In this document: piece by piece, positions 26,511 through 40,736 of the stretch
How the letters are laid out: every line of letters starts with the position of its first letter
Position numbering within the stretch: the first letter of the stretch is position 1
Assembly (NCBI RefSeq): GCF_006345805.1
Contig: NC_043008.1
Coordinates: forward strand, 39,556,001 to 39,620,000
Source: Octopus sinensis
Lineage: Eukaryota
Reading direction: 5' to 3'
DNA length: 64,000 nt
Program-made: the position numbers and the translations under genes
Notes under the pieces: model-generated
Told to the model about the DNA's origin: nothing
Databases searched by the model: none
Seen by the model: the letters and a program-made list of their open reading frames with translations, nothing else

Positions 26511-26699
26511 TCGGCAAACATAATGATTGAAAATGTGACCTCTGCACCAAAGGTGAGCTACTAACACACCTGATTCACTAATTACATTGAACTCATCACG
26601 CTACACACCAGAATAAGTCTCTAGTCATGATGCAAATTGGCTTTCTGAAAATGCATGACTCTTTTTTCCCTTTTATCTTTTAATTTTTTTTGTCAATAG

Positions 26700-26995
26700 A
26701 TTGTGGCCATGCTGGGGCACTGCCTTGAATAATTTTAGTCGACGTAATCGACCCTAGTACAGGGATCGGGCTCTTTTATCGAACTATTAAGTTACAGTGA
26801 CTTAAATACACGAACACCTGTTGTCAAACCTTGGTGGGAAATAAACATAGACACACACACACATATCCGACGAACTTCGTTCAGTTTCCGTTAACCAAAC
26901 CCATCCACAAAGCTCTAGTCGGCCTGAGGCTATAGTAGAAAACATTCGGTACCATGTGATTGGAAAGCAAACGTCTTACTACACGTCTGCACCTA
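26700..26995 (-). mobile_element. SINE family B, decayed with deletion
   Basis: Tail GGCCATGCTGGGGCACTGCC and head-proximal GGCTATAGTAGAA. Confidence 0.7.
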
Positions 26996-27379
26996 CAAGG
27001 ATTTTATTATATAATTGAGAAATCTGCACAGACCTATGAGGCCTTAAATTTTCTAAAACCTCTCTTCTTTCCGCTTATTTACGGGAGAATTGTTGGTGAT
27101 ACGAAATTAACGAAGTTATACAAGTATCAGTTTGAAATTCCAAGCGTTTTTAGGAGTTGTGCTAAATGTAATCAATGTGCGTTTTGTTAAAATAAGTCTA
27201 CAACGACTTCGAGACATTTCCAATGCCCATTGAAAAATTTTGCATTTTTTGTAGAAAGTTAACTACCAGAAAATATAATTCCAACAATTGAAGCTCTCAT
27301 ATATGAAAGATTTAAGCAAAAAAAAAACGATTAAAAAAGAAACAGGTAGATCGCTTCTCTCTCTGCGGATTTATAGATT

Positions 27380-27850
27380 TTCCATGAGAAGAAAATTTGT
27401 CAAGATATTATGGTCCTCGCAATTGATGTAATGAGTGAAGATTTTGCTGAATATGATACAGCTGGGTTGCTGGAAGCGCATCGAGAAATTTATTTAATAA
27501 AGAACGAATAAGTTTTGTTTAAGAGAATAATGCCGCTTCAAGAGCATGCAAACCAGGAAGAATATATAAAAGGTTCACACTCTCCACTGCAGTTGACTAC
27601 AAAAACTATGGCTCGTGAGTTAGCGCTCATAGATGCGTTCACCATTAGGAACATTGCTCTGAAAGATCTTGACGATAATGCCCTTAATGGTCAACGCAGC
27701 ATAATAATTGCAAAATGATTTCCTAAAGAGCTTAGTACCTATATTGAGCCATCGAAAACCATGGTGTGGCGAATATGTCAATCACCTTTGGATAACGTTT
27801 TACTCTTGTTGTAGATGATGGTAAAAATGATCTGCGGAAGACAAGAGATA
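27380..27850 (+). mobile_element. Highly decayed Tc1/mariner transposase relic
   Basis: ORF 27515-27718 contains the HTH-like TKTMARELAL..FTIRNIALKDL. Confidence 0.4.
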
Positions 27851-28180
27851 ATGAACATATCCTCCCTTACGCTTCCATTTCACTACATTCCATCACACAG
27901 TTGTTAATATATTCTATCAAGGATAGGTGCCCACTGTTTTATTACCGTATAAAAATTGTTTACTAATGCAATTCTCTTCACACAGACACACACACACACA
28001 CACATATAGATGAATCGACGAAGATGATCAACTCGATGCCACGAATACTACGAGCTACACCGTAATATCCCATAGATGCGGATTGTGACCTTAAGAGACA
28101 CGGGATTTGCAGAAACGCGCGTAGCGATACATTAAATGTTTATTAATTCCGCCCAAGCATTATTGTTACTATTATTATTA

Positions 28181-28264
<84 letters not shown>

Positions 28265-28272
28265 TATATTAA

Positions 28273-28304
<32 letters not shown>

Positions 28305-28305
28305 T

Positions 28306-28352
<47 letters not shown>

Positions 28353-28362
28353 TAGTAGTAGT

Positions 28363-28598
28363 GGCACTGAGCTGGCAGAATCGTTAGCACACAGGACAGT
28401 ATGCTTAGCGGTATTTCTCCTGTCGCTACGTTTTGAATTCAGATTACAACGCAGTCGACTTTGTCTTTCATCCTTTCGGGGTCATAGATTAAGTACCAGT
28501 TGCGTACTGTGATCGATGTGATCGACTTTTTCCCTCCCCGCAAAATCCAACCCTTGTCCCTATAGTAGAAAGGATTATTATCATTATTATTATTATTA

Positions 28599-28668
<70 letters not shown>

Positions 28669-28990
28669 TATATTAATAGTAGTAGTAGTAGTAGTAGTAT
28701 AGTAGTAGTAGTATTAGTATTAGTAGTAGTATAGTAGTAGTAGTAGTAGTATAGTAGTAGTAGTAGTGGCACTGAGCTGGCAGAATCGTTAGCACACAGG
28801 ACAGTATGCTTAGCGGTATTTCTCCTGTCGCTACGTTTTGAATTCAGATTACAACGCAGTCGACTTTGTCTTTCATCCTTTCGGGGTCATAGATTAAGTA
28901 CCAGTTGCGTACTGTGATCGATGTGATCGACTTTTTCCCTCCCCGCAAAATCCAACCCTTGTCCCTATAGTAGAAAGGATTATTATCATT
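28363..28990 (+). mobile_element. Two identical copies of a decayed SINE-A in a ~405-bp tandem duplication with (ATT)n/(AGT)n tracts
   Basis: Copies start at 28363 and 28768 and appear identical across the SINE. Confidence 0.9.
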
Positions 28991-29003
28991 ATTATTATTA
29001 TTA

Positions 29004-29053
<50 letters not shown>

Positions 29054-29523
29054 GGTCTTTGTATAGCTTTTAACGCAGGAGATGTATGATGAAATATGTG
29101 TATATTGCAGTCTCCGTTGAAAAATATTTTCATTCATAAAATGCTTTCATATATTCATTGAAAGAAACCTGCAGGAGAGCAAATGAAGTCCGAACATAGA
29201 AATGAGTGGGAAAATAAGTTTCACGTAACAAAATTCCCCGATACGGCATTATTCCCCGGACAGCAACACTTAGGTAATACGAAAATTACATGTTTTTATT
29301 TATTTCACTATATTTCTTACGAATAAGAAACGAATGTCTATAATAATTGGGTGTAATATAATTGAAAATAAAAGTGAGACAATAGAACAACTATGTTAAA
29401 CGAAATTAATTAAATTTAATCTTCTTTATTGAATAACTATATAAAATACATAATACGAAACTTAGTTTGTTTCTTCAATTGAAAATATGTTTGTTTTTTT
29501 GTTCTTAATGAGGTTTATAAATG

Positions 29524-29894
29524 AACTAGCAGTATCGCCCGGCGTTGCTCGGGTTTGTAAGGGAAATAACTATAAAGCATTTTTAGAGAGTTATAGCCAA
29601 AAAATGGAAAAAAAATGATGGTAAATTTTTTTTAGTTAAAAAGGCCGAGTTGCGTCCCCTAGACAGTCTGTGGTTTGTGTTTCTGATTCTCGACTCCATG
29701 TCGAATTTATCGATTTTTTTTCAGAACTGGGGGAACTTTTCAAATTTTCGCTGCGTTAGTTTTGAATTATGACATTGGGCTATGTGTGTGTCAAGTTTCA
29801 TCAGAATCGGTTGAAAGCCGTGGTCAGGGTGAGGGTACAACCTGACAGACACACAGAACACACACAGACAAACGCCGTTTATATATAGAGAGAT
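29524..29894 (+). mobile_element. DINE-1/HINE-like (Helentron-associated) non-autonomous element
   Basis: Starts AACTAGCAGTATCGCCCGGCGTTGCTCGGG, has a GACA-type microsatellite near the 3' end, and ends TTTATATATAGAGAGAT; its 5' part is shared with 34233. Confidence 0.6.
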
Positions 29895-30741
29895 GTATGT
29901 GAAGATTTTTAAAATACGTTATATTTAGTATGAGCGATATAACAGATCATTCTTAAATGATGCAGCAATGCAAGCTTCGAAAATCTATTGTCTGGCTCCA
30001 TCGGCAAGCAACCCAGACATTGAGAAACGCTCGGGGTGAGAGATACTTCAAATGAAAATCCGTTTAAAGATACGAAGTCATTGAAAGTAGAAAATAATTG
30101 AAAACTAAGAAAGAATTAAATAAAATAAGTATAATAAGAAAGAAAGTATATTTTTTATTGATGTGGGTAAACTGAGATTCAACACTTAATCGGAAAAGTT
30201 ATTTGGGCTGCCTTCGCATACTATACGTAGAGCTAGACATGAGCTAACATACTGAATGTAATAAGTAGAACATATTTTTAGTCAATTAAAATTAACGGCC
30301 TTCATTCCCATCTCATTTTCCGCGAAATTTCAATTTTGTTTAACATTTTTGAAGTCTTTTCAATTGGGATGCTATTAAGTGGATGCCTGATTAGGGCTCA
30401 GATGATGAAGAACATACATGCCATATGGATTACGATAAAATTGTTTTTTTTTTAGTTGAAGGAGACGGAATTTATATCCGTATGGTTATGATGTCGTCAT
30501 AGGATTCAATGGCGTATCTCTTACCGCTTACTTGTTTCAGTCATTAGACTGCGGCCATGCAGGGGCAGTGTCTCGAATAATTTTAGCTGAATGAATTGAT
30601 CCCAGTACTTTGGCCGAAGCGCTAAGTCAAGCGAGCGAAACACATCGAAACAAGTTGTCGACGGTGGTGGAGGACAAACACACACTCGTTATATATATAT
30701 ATATATATATATATAAGTTGTAAGATACCGCACGACTGGAA

Positions 30742-30964
<223 letters not shown>

Positions 30965-30980
30965 ATATATATATATATAT

Positions 30981-31022
<42 letters not shown>

Positions 31023-31494
31023 CATGTATGTATTTCAGTTTCCATACACGAAATCAACTCACAAGTGCTTAATCGGGAGCCCAAGGTTATAATTGAAATC
31101 ACTTGCAAGAAGTACCACACATTGGGACTGAACCCCAATTCATTAGGTTAGGAATGTAGCTTCTTATACCATAGCCACACCGGCGCCAAAAAGAGTGTAA
31201 TTGCCTTTCCACCGGGGAATCGAACCATGACTTACCAGCATAACTCCGTCGACCTGTTTATATGAACTAGAAATATTGTTAGCTGTATTATACTTGGTAT
31301 CAATATGACCATTTCTGGAGATTATTTCTTCGCATTTAAAGCAAGGATAAATAAAGTCATTGATCAAATTTAGTCCAATATTTTAATGGTACCATATTAA
31401 TAGCCTTCTTGGCTGGAGGAAAGCAAATTCGGTTAACCAGTGTTTGAAATCACGACTTACAGAGACACGACTAAAATGTTTCATATGTAGACGT

Positions 31495-32023
31495 CGCGTG
31501 GCTGTGTGTTTTGAAGCTTACTTCTCAACCACTCGGTTCCAGGACGGCTAAAATCTTGTGAGTGGGTTTGGTAGATGAAAACTGAAAGAAGTCCGTCGTA
31601 TATATTGCTTACGAACTACATGGTTCCGGGTTCAGCCCCACTGCGTAGCACCTTGGGCAAGTGTCTTCTACTATACCCTTAGGCCGACCAAAGCCTTGTT
31701 AGTGGATTTGGTAGACGGAAACTGAAAGAAGCCCGTCGTATATATGTGTATATATATATGTCTGCGTGTATATGTCTGCGTGTATATGTTTGTGTGTCTG
31801 CCTTTGTCCCCCTAACATCGCTTGACAACTGATGCTGGTGTGTTTAAGTCCCCGTAACTTAGCGGTTCGGCAAGAGAGACCGATATAATAAGTGCTAGGC
31901 TTACAAAGAATAAGTCCCGGGGTCGATTTGTTCGACTAAAAGGCGTTTCCCCAGCATGGCTATAGTCAAATGACTGAAACAAGTAACAGAGTAATGAGTA
32001 ATAGAGTATGTGTGTGTGTTTGT

Positions 32024-32068
<45 letters not shown>

Positions 32069-32230
32069 TGTATCTGTGTTTGTTCCCCCACCATCGCTTG
32101 ACAACCGATGCTGGTGTGTTTACGCCCCCGTAACTTATGCGAGCAGCAAAAAGAGATCTATACAATAAGTACTAGGCCTACAAGGATTAAGTCCTGGCGT
32201 GGACTTGTTCGCAGTCAAATAACTGAAACA
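31495..32230 (+). mobile_element. Cluster of family-B SINE pieces (two heads, two tails)
   Basis: Repeated GAAAACTGAAAGAAG(T/C)CCGTCG and CATCGCTTGACAAC(T/C)GATGCTGGTGTGTTTA blocks. Confidence 0.8.
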
Positions 32231-32534
32231 ATGAAAAGACCATAGGCACAATCTATTAATCTGACTTCCGTACTGTCTCGTTACCTATTCTACTAATCCC
32301 CAAAATTATCAATGGCATAGTGGGCCTCAGTTGGCTTAGATGCCGGGCCGCGTATGTAAATGAGCAAATCTTATAAGTCTCAAATGAGCAAATCTCATAA
32401 CATTTAGTCTTCCTTACTATCGATTCTGCTTCGCACGTCTCCGTTCAGCCACGTTTGCTCGCAATAATACATCTGACTACAGAATAATATCGGCAATAAT
32501 GTCTATAATCACCTTTTATTTAAATCAAAATCGC

Positions 32535-32620
32535 TGATCATCTTTGTCGTCTTCGTCGTCATTATCATCATCATCTCATCATCATCATCATCATCTTCAT
32601 CAGCATCATCACCATCGTCG

Positions 32621-32652
<32 letters not shown>

Positions 32653-32762
32653 GTCTTCTTCTACTTCTTCTTTTTCTACTTCTTCGTTTTCTTCTTCATC
32701 TTCATCATCATCATCATCATCATCTTCATCATCATCATCACCATCATCTTCTTCTTCTTCTT
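32535..32762. repeat. (TCA)n/(TCT)n microsatellite
   Basis: Directly visible; source of poly-D/E and poly-H ORFs. Confidence 0.9.
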
Positions 32763-33559
32763 TTTGATCTCCCTCCATCTCGTTACACACCCAAACATAT
32801 TCATTTCCTGTTTCTTCATAACATCTAGAATCAAACTAATCAGTCATAAGTCTCACAAAAGTTAACCGTACAAATAGTACACATGTCCAAAAAAGAAATC
32901 TTTCTCTTAATGATTCTTAATGATTATTAATGATTATTAATTTCATAAATATCCATTTGCTAATAAAATCACCTTCATTAGGTTTTATGTACTTTTACCT
33001 GATTGAGAAAAATATTTTATTGAAAAAGCGTTTATTTATCTAAACATATCCCATCCTATTCTACTACCTGTGGCCTTCGTTGAGCAGTCCTAAGCTTATA
33101 ACATTTGACTGCTAAAAAACTTCATGCCCTCGTGTTTGACCTTATGCACATCATTAACCCTTCGGCCGTGTAGGAAATGAGCCACGGCTTCAAAAAATGC
33201 GGTAATCTTATGATCCTGGTGAGGCAGGAATTCCAGCCCCCAAGCTCCCTAAGTTTGCGTTTTGCCACAATGATTGTGTTATGCTGTATGAGTACATGTA
33301 TTCGATTTTACGATGCCCGGTAGCAGGTTTTCAAAGCATGATAAACTAGTTGCAATTGTATATAAAGGGTTAGAGTTCACAACATGACTATCTCAAAGTG
33401 CAATGCTCAATCGAAATTCAACCAAACACATATGGCTTTCGATTTAAACCGCCAGGAAGGGAAATCAATACTTGATTTCAAGGGACGAACCGACACAAAT
33501 ATCGACATATACATATATATATGTATATATATATATATATATATATAGTATATATATAT

Positions 33560-33751
33560 ATATTAGTGAAGGGAAGAAATGGAGCCGAACGAAGATTCTA
33601 CAAAATTCCTTTTTATCATTTTCTACACATGTTTCAATATATATAATATATATATTCTTTATGTGTTTAAATGTACAATGTATTTGATATATATATATTA
33701 TATCAATTACAGTGTACATTTAAACACATAAAGAATATATATATTATATAT
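33560..33751. mobile_element. Penelope-like remnant: hammerhead 3' half plus ~113-bp foldback
   Basis: 33560-33636 is homologous to 11605-11676; 33639-33677 is the perfect reverse complement of 33713-33751. Confidence 0.55.
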
Positions 33752-33759
33752 TTAATCTA

Positions 33760-34944
33760 AGGTGTACGTGTTGAAGAAGATTTCATCTAACGAATATTAT
33801 TTATTTACTAAATTGAAATCAGAAACCAATTCGTCCAAGAAACTAGATGGTAAAAAGTTTATATTTTATCATTTCGTTCCTGTCGGACGTTATCCCTAAT
33901 TTTGTGGTTATAGAACCTAGCTCTTCTTTCTAGCATGTTGATTTCCACGAGTGGATTCCTTATGTGATTATATATACACATTATTTTTTGAGTAATGCAT
34001 AGTATTTGGACTAAAATTTTTACACGCTAGGCCACTGGAAGTGAACATTTCTACTAATTTCCATTTCCCTTCGATATGATTAAGTATTGTAAGTTTTTGG
34101 ATAATTTTCAGATTTTGAAAGTTGGCATTTGTTTTATTACCGACGAAGGGCTGCGTCTGCGCAGTAGATTTGAAAAAACTAGGATGTATAAACAAGAGTC
34201 ACATAGTTGACTGCCTCGTGTTTTTAATATTTAACTAGCATTATCGCCCGGCGTTGCTCGGGTTTGTAAGGGAAATAACTACATGAGCATTTTTAGAGAT
34301 GTAAAGTATAATAGCCATCTCAATATAGCTAACCACAAAGGGGGGGTGTTACTGTAGCTGTTTACGTTCTGAGATTTAATAATACATTTTTAGAGAGTTA
34401 CTTCCCTTATATAATAGCAAAAAAATGTATTAAAATGGGAAAAAATGATGGTAATTTTTTTTTTAAATCGTAGACTCATCATGGACGCGCACTAATACCC
34501 AGAAGGGCTAGATATGAATCCCGACTATAAGATACCCGCTTTTGGTTACACTGCACCGCAAAATGTGGGAGTAGTTAGGAATCTAAATCGTAGGAGACAG
34601 ACACACAACTTCACTTTTATATATAAAGATCAAAGGTATACCTGCTGAAGAAGATTTCACGTAGTGAATATTATTTATTTGCTAAACAAAAATAAGAAGC
34701 CAATTGGTCCAGGAAACTAGATGGTAAAAAGTTTTTATTTTTTTCATTTCTTTTGTCCCTAATTTTGTGGTTATAGAACCTAGCTGTTCTTTCTAGCGTG
34801 TTGAATCCCTTGAGTGGATTCCTTATGTGTTTAAATGTACACAGTATTTTATGAGTAATAGATAGTATTTGTACTAAACTTTTTACACGCTAGGCCACTG
34901 GAAGAGAAAATTTCTATTAATTTTCATTTCCCTTCAATATGATT
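33760..34944 (+). repeat. Old tandem duplication (33760-34081 vs 34634-34944), later split by a HINE insertion
   Basis: Collinear similarity with many substitutions, e.g. GAAACTAGATGGTAAAAAGTTT and TTTTACACGCTAGGCCACTGGAAG in both copies. Confidence 0.8.
34233..34630 (+). mobile_element. DINE-1/HINE-like element, second copy
   Basis: Same 5' end as 29524; ends ACAGACACACAACTTCACTTTTATATATAAAGAT. Confidence 0.6.
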
Positions 34945-34949
34945 GCGTG

Positions 34950-34981
<32 letters not shown>

Positions 34982-34982
34982 A

Positions 34983-35153
34983 GGCGTAGGAGGGGCTGTG
35001 TGTAATGTAGCTTGCTTACTAATTACATGGTTCTGGGTTCAGTCCCACTACGTGGAACCATGGGTAAGTTTCTTCTTCTATAGTCTCGGCCGACCAAAGC
35101 CTTGCGAGTGGATTGGCAGACGGAAACTGAAAGAAGCCCGTCGTATATATATA

Positions 35154-35186
<33 letters not shown>

Positions 35187-35445
35187 GTATAATATATACA
35201 TATATACACACATTATATATATATATACACATATATATATATTCGTCTTTCTTTTCTATTTTTTCTTTCTTTCAGGCATTTGACTGCGTCCTTGCTGGAG
35301 AACCGCATTTGCTGAAAGAAATCGACCCACGATTTATTCTCTGTAAGCCTGGTGCTTATTCTATCGGTCTATTTTGCTGAATAGCTAAATTACGGGGACG
35401 TAAACACACCAGCATCGGTTGTCAAGTAATATCGGGGGGTATAAA
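34983..35445. mobile_element. SINE-B head (+, 34983-35140) and SINE-B tail (-, 35265-35445) around (TA)n
   Basis: Homologous to other family-B copies. Confidence 0.75.
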
Positions 35446-35483
35446 CACAGACGCACGAACACAAACAGACACACACACGCACA

Positions 35484-35563
<80 letters not shown>

Positions 35564-36069
35564 TAGAATTTATCTATGCTGGAGATCTTATAATTTCTAA
35601 TTAGAATTTATTAAATCTTGACTACATTCAAAATAGCTGAAAAATATTGCTATATATTAAACTCATAAATTAAAATGTTTTACTGTCAACCATTAGAAAA
35701 CTGATTCGGGAATTGTGAATTCTGTCACATAAAGAAAAAACATCATTTTGGAATAGCATGAATCATTAAATGGATAAATTATATCACAACAATATGAAGA
35801 TTTCGACGTTAGTGCATGATCAAGGCTTTTATTTTTAATATGAATTTCTTTTTAAAAACATCATGTGTGGAAACCTAATTAAACATTATTGCTTTAAAGA
35901 TATCCTATGTTTAATTTTTCGGAATATATTTACTTAATACTTTAAGGAAAGTTTATCGATATATTATTAAGGCTAATAGAACCATTAGAGTAAAATATTT
36001 TCCTGAGAATTGATATCATTATTTTCACTTTGTAGCTTTCATTCTAATTAGCTGTAGTGTGTTGAAGAA

Positions 36070-36160
<91 letters not shown>

Positions 36161-36356
36161 GTTAACCAGTGGTTCTCATCGTTATATTACCTGTGAGCCA
36201 CTTTCGGTCCTATTTTAATTAGGTGCACCCTCATATTCATTCGTTGTAGTTTAAAAAACCAATATTATATTTTTCAGAATAAAATAGTATTGCGATTAGT
36301 ATAAAAATTCGTTAAAATATAACTTGTGCATCGTAGAAGCATCACCAAATTATTAC

Positions 36357-36558
36357 TCTTTTTACTTGTTTCAGTCATTTGACTGCGGCCATGCTGGAGC
36401 ACCGCCTTTAGTCGAGCAAATCGACCCCAGGACTTATTCTTTGTAAGCCCAGTTCTTATTCTATTGGTCTCTTATGCCAAACCGCTAATTGACGGGGACG
36501 TAAACACACCAGCATCGGTTGTCAAGCAAATGCTAGGAGGACAAACACAGACACACAA

Positions 36559-36609
<51 letters not shown>

Positions 36610-36768
36610 TATACGACAGGCTTCTTTCAGTTTCCTTCTACCAAATCCAATCACAAGGCATTGGTCGGCCCGAGGCTATAGCAGAAGACACTTGCCCAAG
36701 GTGCCACGCAGTGGGACAGAACCATGTGGTTTGTTAGCAAGCTACTTACCACACAGCCGCTCCTGCGC
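36357..36768 (-). mobile_element. Near-complete family-B SINE
   Basis: Head, CORE-like CTTGGGCAAGTG motif, internal microsatellite and CR1-like tail are all present. Confidence 0.85.
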
Positions 36769-37111
36769 CTTGTACATAATCTTGTACGTATTGTACATAA
36801 TCTTTAAAAACATAATACGATATGAACTCCGAAGGACCATATGGACTCCGGTCAAGAACCACTGATTTAAATCATTAAAAGTGAAGAGATATGAGAGGAG
36901 AATATTTATACAGTTACTTATTATCCTTTCGATTACGGCCGTTTCGCAGCCTTTTCCATGTAATACTAATTTCAGCGTATAATATATTACGTTTAAATAT
37001 CTGCACCAATATGCATGCTATGCATTATACAATACAACAGTGTATTTACAGACGAGCACTGATGAAGGAAATTAGCGCACACAATCACTAGGACATCATT
37101 GTTATAACAGC

Positions 37112-37260
<149 letters not shown>

Positions 37261-37395
37261 TTTTCCATCTATTTATTTACCTCTCTGTCTATCTGTCTAT
37301 CAATCTACTTATCTCTCGTTACATCCATGTGTGTGTGTATATGTATGTAAGTATGTATTTATGTATGATGTATGTATGTCTATAGTATATATATA

Positions 37396-37436
<41 letters not shown>

Positions 37437-37643
37437 GATTCATCTATCTCCCTTCATACCTACCTACCTCCCTACATACATACCTACCTACCTACCCACC
37501 TTCCTACTTATCTACTACCTACCACCTACCTACCTACCAATCTATCTATCTTTCTAGCTATCTATCAATCTATTTTTCTACCTTTACATATATGCTTGCA
37601 CGTATACATTTATTTATGTATGTATATATATATGTATGCATGC

Positions 37644-37705
<62 letters not shown>

Positions 37706-37759
37706 ATATATATATATATCTATCTATCTGTCTGTCCATGTTTGTGCGTGATTGTTTGC

Positions 37760-37965
37760 AGACATGCGTAACTTTGTGGGATGCATGGGGGTTTCGTTTC
37801 CAGGACCAGACAATACTATGTATCTCTGAGCAAAACACTTTATTTCACGTGGCTCCAATCCACTGAGCTGGCCATTAATGAGTAATATTTCGACGGACCG
37901 GAAGCTCGTCCAGTCGGATGATATATACACCACAAAATCCTGTGGCTCAGCAAGGAACTTTGAAC
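37760..37965 (+). mobile_element. SINE family C, decayed
   Basis: GAGCAAAACACTTTATTTCACGTGGCTCCAATCCACTGAGCTGG. Confidence 0.65.
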
Positions 37966-39078
37966 CGTAACTAACATACATACATCCATGCATGCATATG
38001 TATGTACATACATAAATACATATATACATGCGTGTTGTAGAAAAGTACACACCATGATTGAAGAGCGTGACGTGACGTATCTTAAATGCTTATTGTTAAT
38101 ATTTGATAAATGAATCTTCTTGTGTGGAGACCACAAATATTCTTTTGTAAGGTTTAATATATTTATTTTACATCGTTCAGTTTACTGCATCTAGTGAGCG
38201 AAGATAGTATGTTATGTAGAGATGCGTATATCTTACTTAAGCAATATACCTCACTTATTGATTTTTCTTATTTCCGATCGCAACTGTGCTTCAACTTCTG
38301 AGTGACGAAATATGTAAGTATGTTTGAATGTATGTATGAATGTACGCATATATTTATTTGTGTATGTATTTACATTTGTATGTATGTACGTTGTATTTGC
38401 GTATGTACATACCCACCTACCTGTCTCTCTGTTTCTGTCTCCGCACCCATTTCTCTCTCACACACACTCTCTCTATGTGTTTATATATATATATATAGGT
38501 ATATAGATTGATAGATCGATAGAAAGGTAGGTAGATAGATACATGATAATGGTTACTTCACACGTCACATAACGGAGTTTGGTTGACAACAAGACATTAA
38601 ATTACAAGTTTCTTCTAAAGGTCTGGTGTTTCAGTGTGATTATGCAATTATCTCCGTAACATTTACCCCATGACATGGTATTCGCTAGGATGTCGGAATT
38701 AAAAAAATATCTAATTCACGTTAGTATAATAATGTAACAAATGAAAACTTTATATTCTGCTATATCGAATATATATATATATATATATATATGTGTAACA
38801 TATGGTATAATTATAAACGGGAAAATTGTAGGAATTTCCTCCGCAGACTGAAAGAAATTATGAACAACCTTAATCAACTTTCGGACATTATTGTGTTCTG
38901 ACCAGAAGTAACTATATCCTTCTGGTAGCCTCCGGGGAAACAACCAGCCAAACTGTTTATAAGCTCATCAAATGAATTAGTTAAACTCTGAAGGAGTCCC
39001 TAATTTGCATACCAAAAGTGTTTACCACTCTATAAATACCAGCGGCTTATACAACTCCCCGCACACACACACACACAC

Positions 39079-39920
39079 ACGAAGTCTGATCAATAAGTAT
39101 CCGTACTGGTGTTATAAAAACAAATCTACAACGTGTACAATTTTAGCATTCGATCTCCTTCAAAGTAGCCCCCTTATGAAGCCACGCACTTAATTCAGAA
39201 CTGTTTCCGTTGACGGAAGCTTTCTTGAAACTCGTTTCTGAGGTAATCAGCAGCTGCCTTGTCGCATTCAATTTCATTTCCGCAACGTTCTGAAATCTTC
39301 TTCCTTTGAAGCGGGATTTGAATTTTGTAAAGAGGAAAATGTCGCAAGGTGTAAGATCTGGCGAATACGGAAGCTGTCGGACCTGGGGAATGCTGCGCCT
39401 AGCCAAAAACTGTTGCGCAAACTGCGCTTGATATGCAGTTGCGTTGTCATGGTGCAATTGCCACTCACCGGACGCGTAGAATCGTGGACTCTCCAACGAA
39501 CAGCTTCCCGCGAACGCCGCAGAACGTCACCTTAGTATTCCTTGTTTACTGTTTGAACAAGTGGAGCATACTAATAATGAACAACCCCTTGTAGTCGAAG
39601 AAAGCATTCAACAGTGTCTTTACATTGAGAAGTTGGGGTTATCCACTTTGAAAAGTGACCCTTTGTTTCGGGGCCATAGCCATAGACCCATTATTCACCA
39701 TCTATTATGATCATTTTCAAAACGTGTTCACTGTTCTCGACGCAGTCAACGAGATCTTGTGCAACTGCAACCCGAGTGTCTTTTAGGTCAGCTGAAAGTA
39801 GTTTTGGCACAAACTAGGCAGACACGCGTCTCATACCAAAATCCTCAGTGATAATGGACTGACCTGAAGCGTAACTAAATTTCACATCCTCTCCTTAATT
39901 TCGAGATCAGATAAGTCAAT
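39079..39920 (-). mobile_element. Decayed mariner element (DD34D-type transposase pseudogene)
   Basis: Minus-strand peptides EDFGMRRVSA*FVPKLL...IIIDGE*WVYGYGPETK and WQLHHDNA...PYSPDLTPCDIFLFTKFK..KGRRF; TIR-like ACGAAGTCTGATCAATAAGTATCCG at 39079. Confidence 0.85.
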
Positions 39921-40111
39921 ATGCTGCTGAGATGCGTAAAGGCCAAGTCAATGCGCTGCTAAAAGCTTTGGTGTATTTTACAGATTCTTGTGTACCGTCA
40001 CAAGGTCGGACTTTTTCGATCTATTTGGATGTCTTGGTGGAGACTGGTAAAGCTGTTCAATTTCCCACCAAACATCTGCTGTACAATATAATATATGCAT
40101 GTAGGCGTTGC

Positions 40112-40166
<55 letters not shown>

Positions 40167-40736
40167 TATAAGTGTGTGTATGCGTGCGTGCGCGTATGTG
40201 TGCGTGTGTATCTATACTTGTATGAATTTACAACGAACTTCTTCCAGAATTCTTTTGCATATTTATGTTGTTCGAGGTTTCCTGCTTTATCGTATACTTT
40301 TATAATTTTATACAAAGGCAACACCATTTTTTCCCTGAAAAATATATTGGAAAGACGACTATGTTCTAATGGGATATAATTAATGTTGTTTCCTTTTTTC
40401 TTTTATTATTTGCATTTCAGACACATACAATTTGTTCGGGCGATTAACGAACCCAAGCCCTTCTTTATCTACAACATTTCCAAGACGGTTCAGTTTCTTC
40501 TTCAAGATGGCCGTTTTGACTTCTGTGCTGCGGTTTTTTTTTACAAGGATATCTTTATTTATATAAAGACTTTCTTGAAAGACCTTCACCGTCTGCGAAA
40601 TTTTGTTCTACGACATCCGAGTGACTGCTAAAATCAAAATTGCAAACGTCTCAATTCAGCGAATATTTTCCACGCATATTGTAGAGGCGATTTGGACACT
40701 AATTCCTCTCCTTCATATGATCTTCATAAACGAATA

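Noticed and set aside
32509-32828. Acidic poly-D/E and poly-H ORFs
   Set aside because: (TCA)n microsatellite; no domain or splice support.
36925-36990. Minus-strand GAAACGGCCGUA palindromic stem III
   Set aside because: The upstream core reads CUGAAAU and stem I does not pair; at best a fossil.
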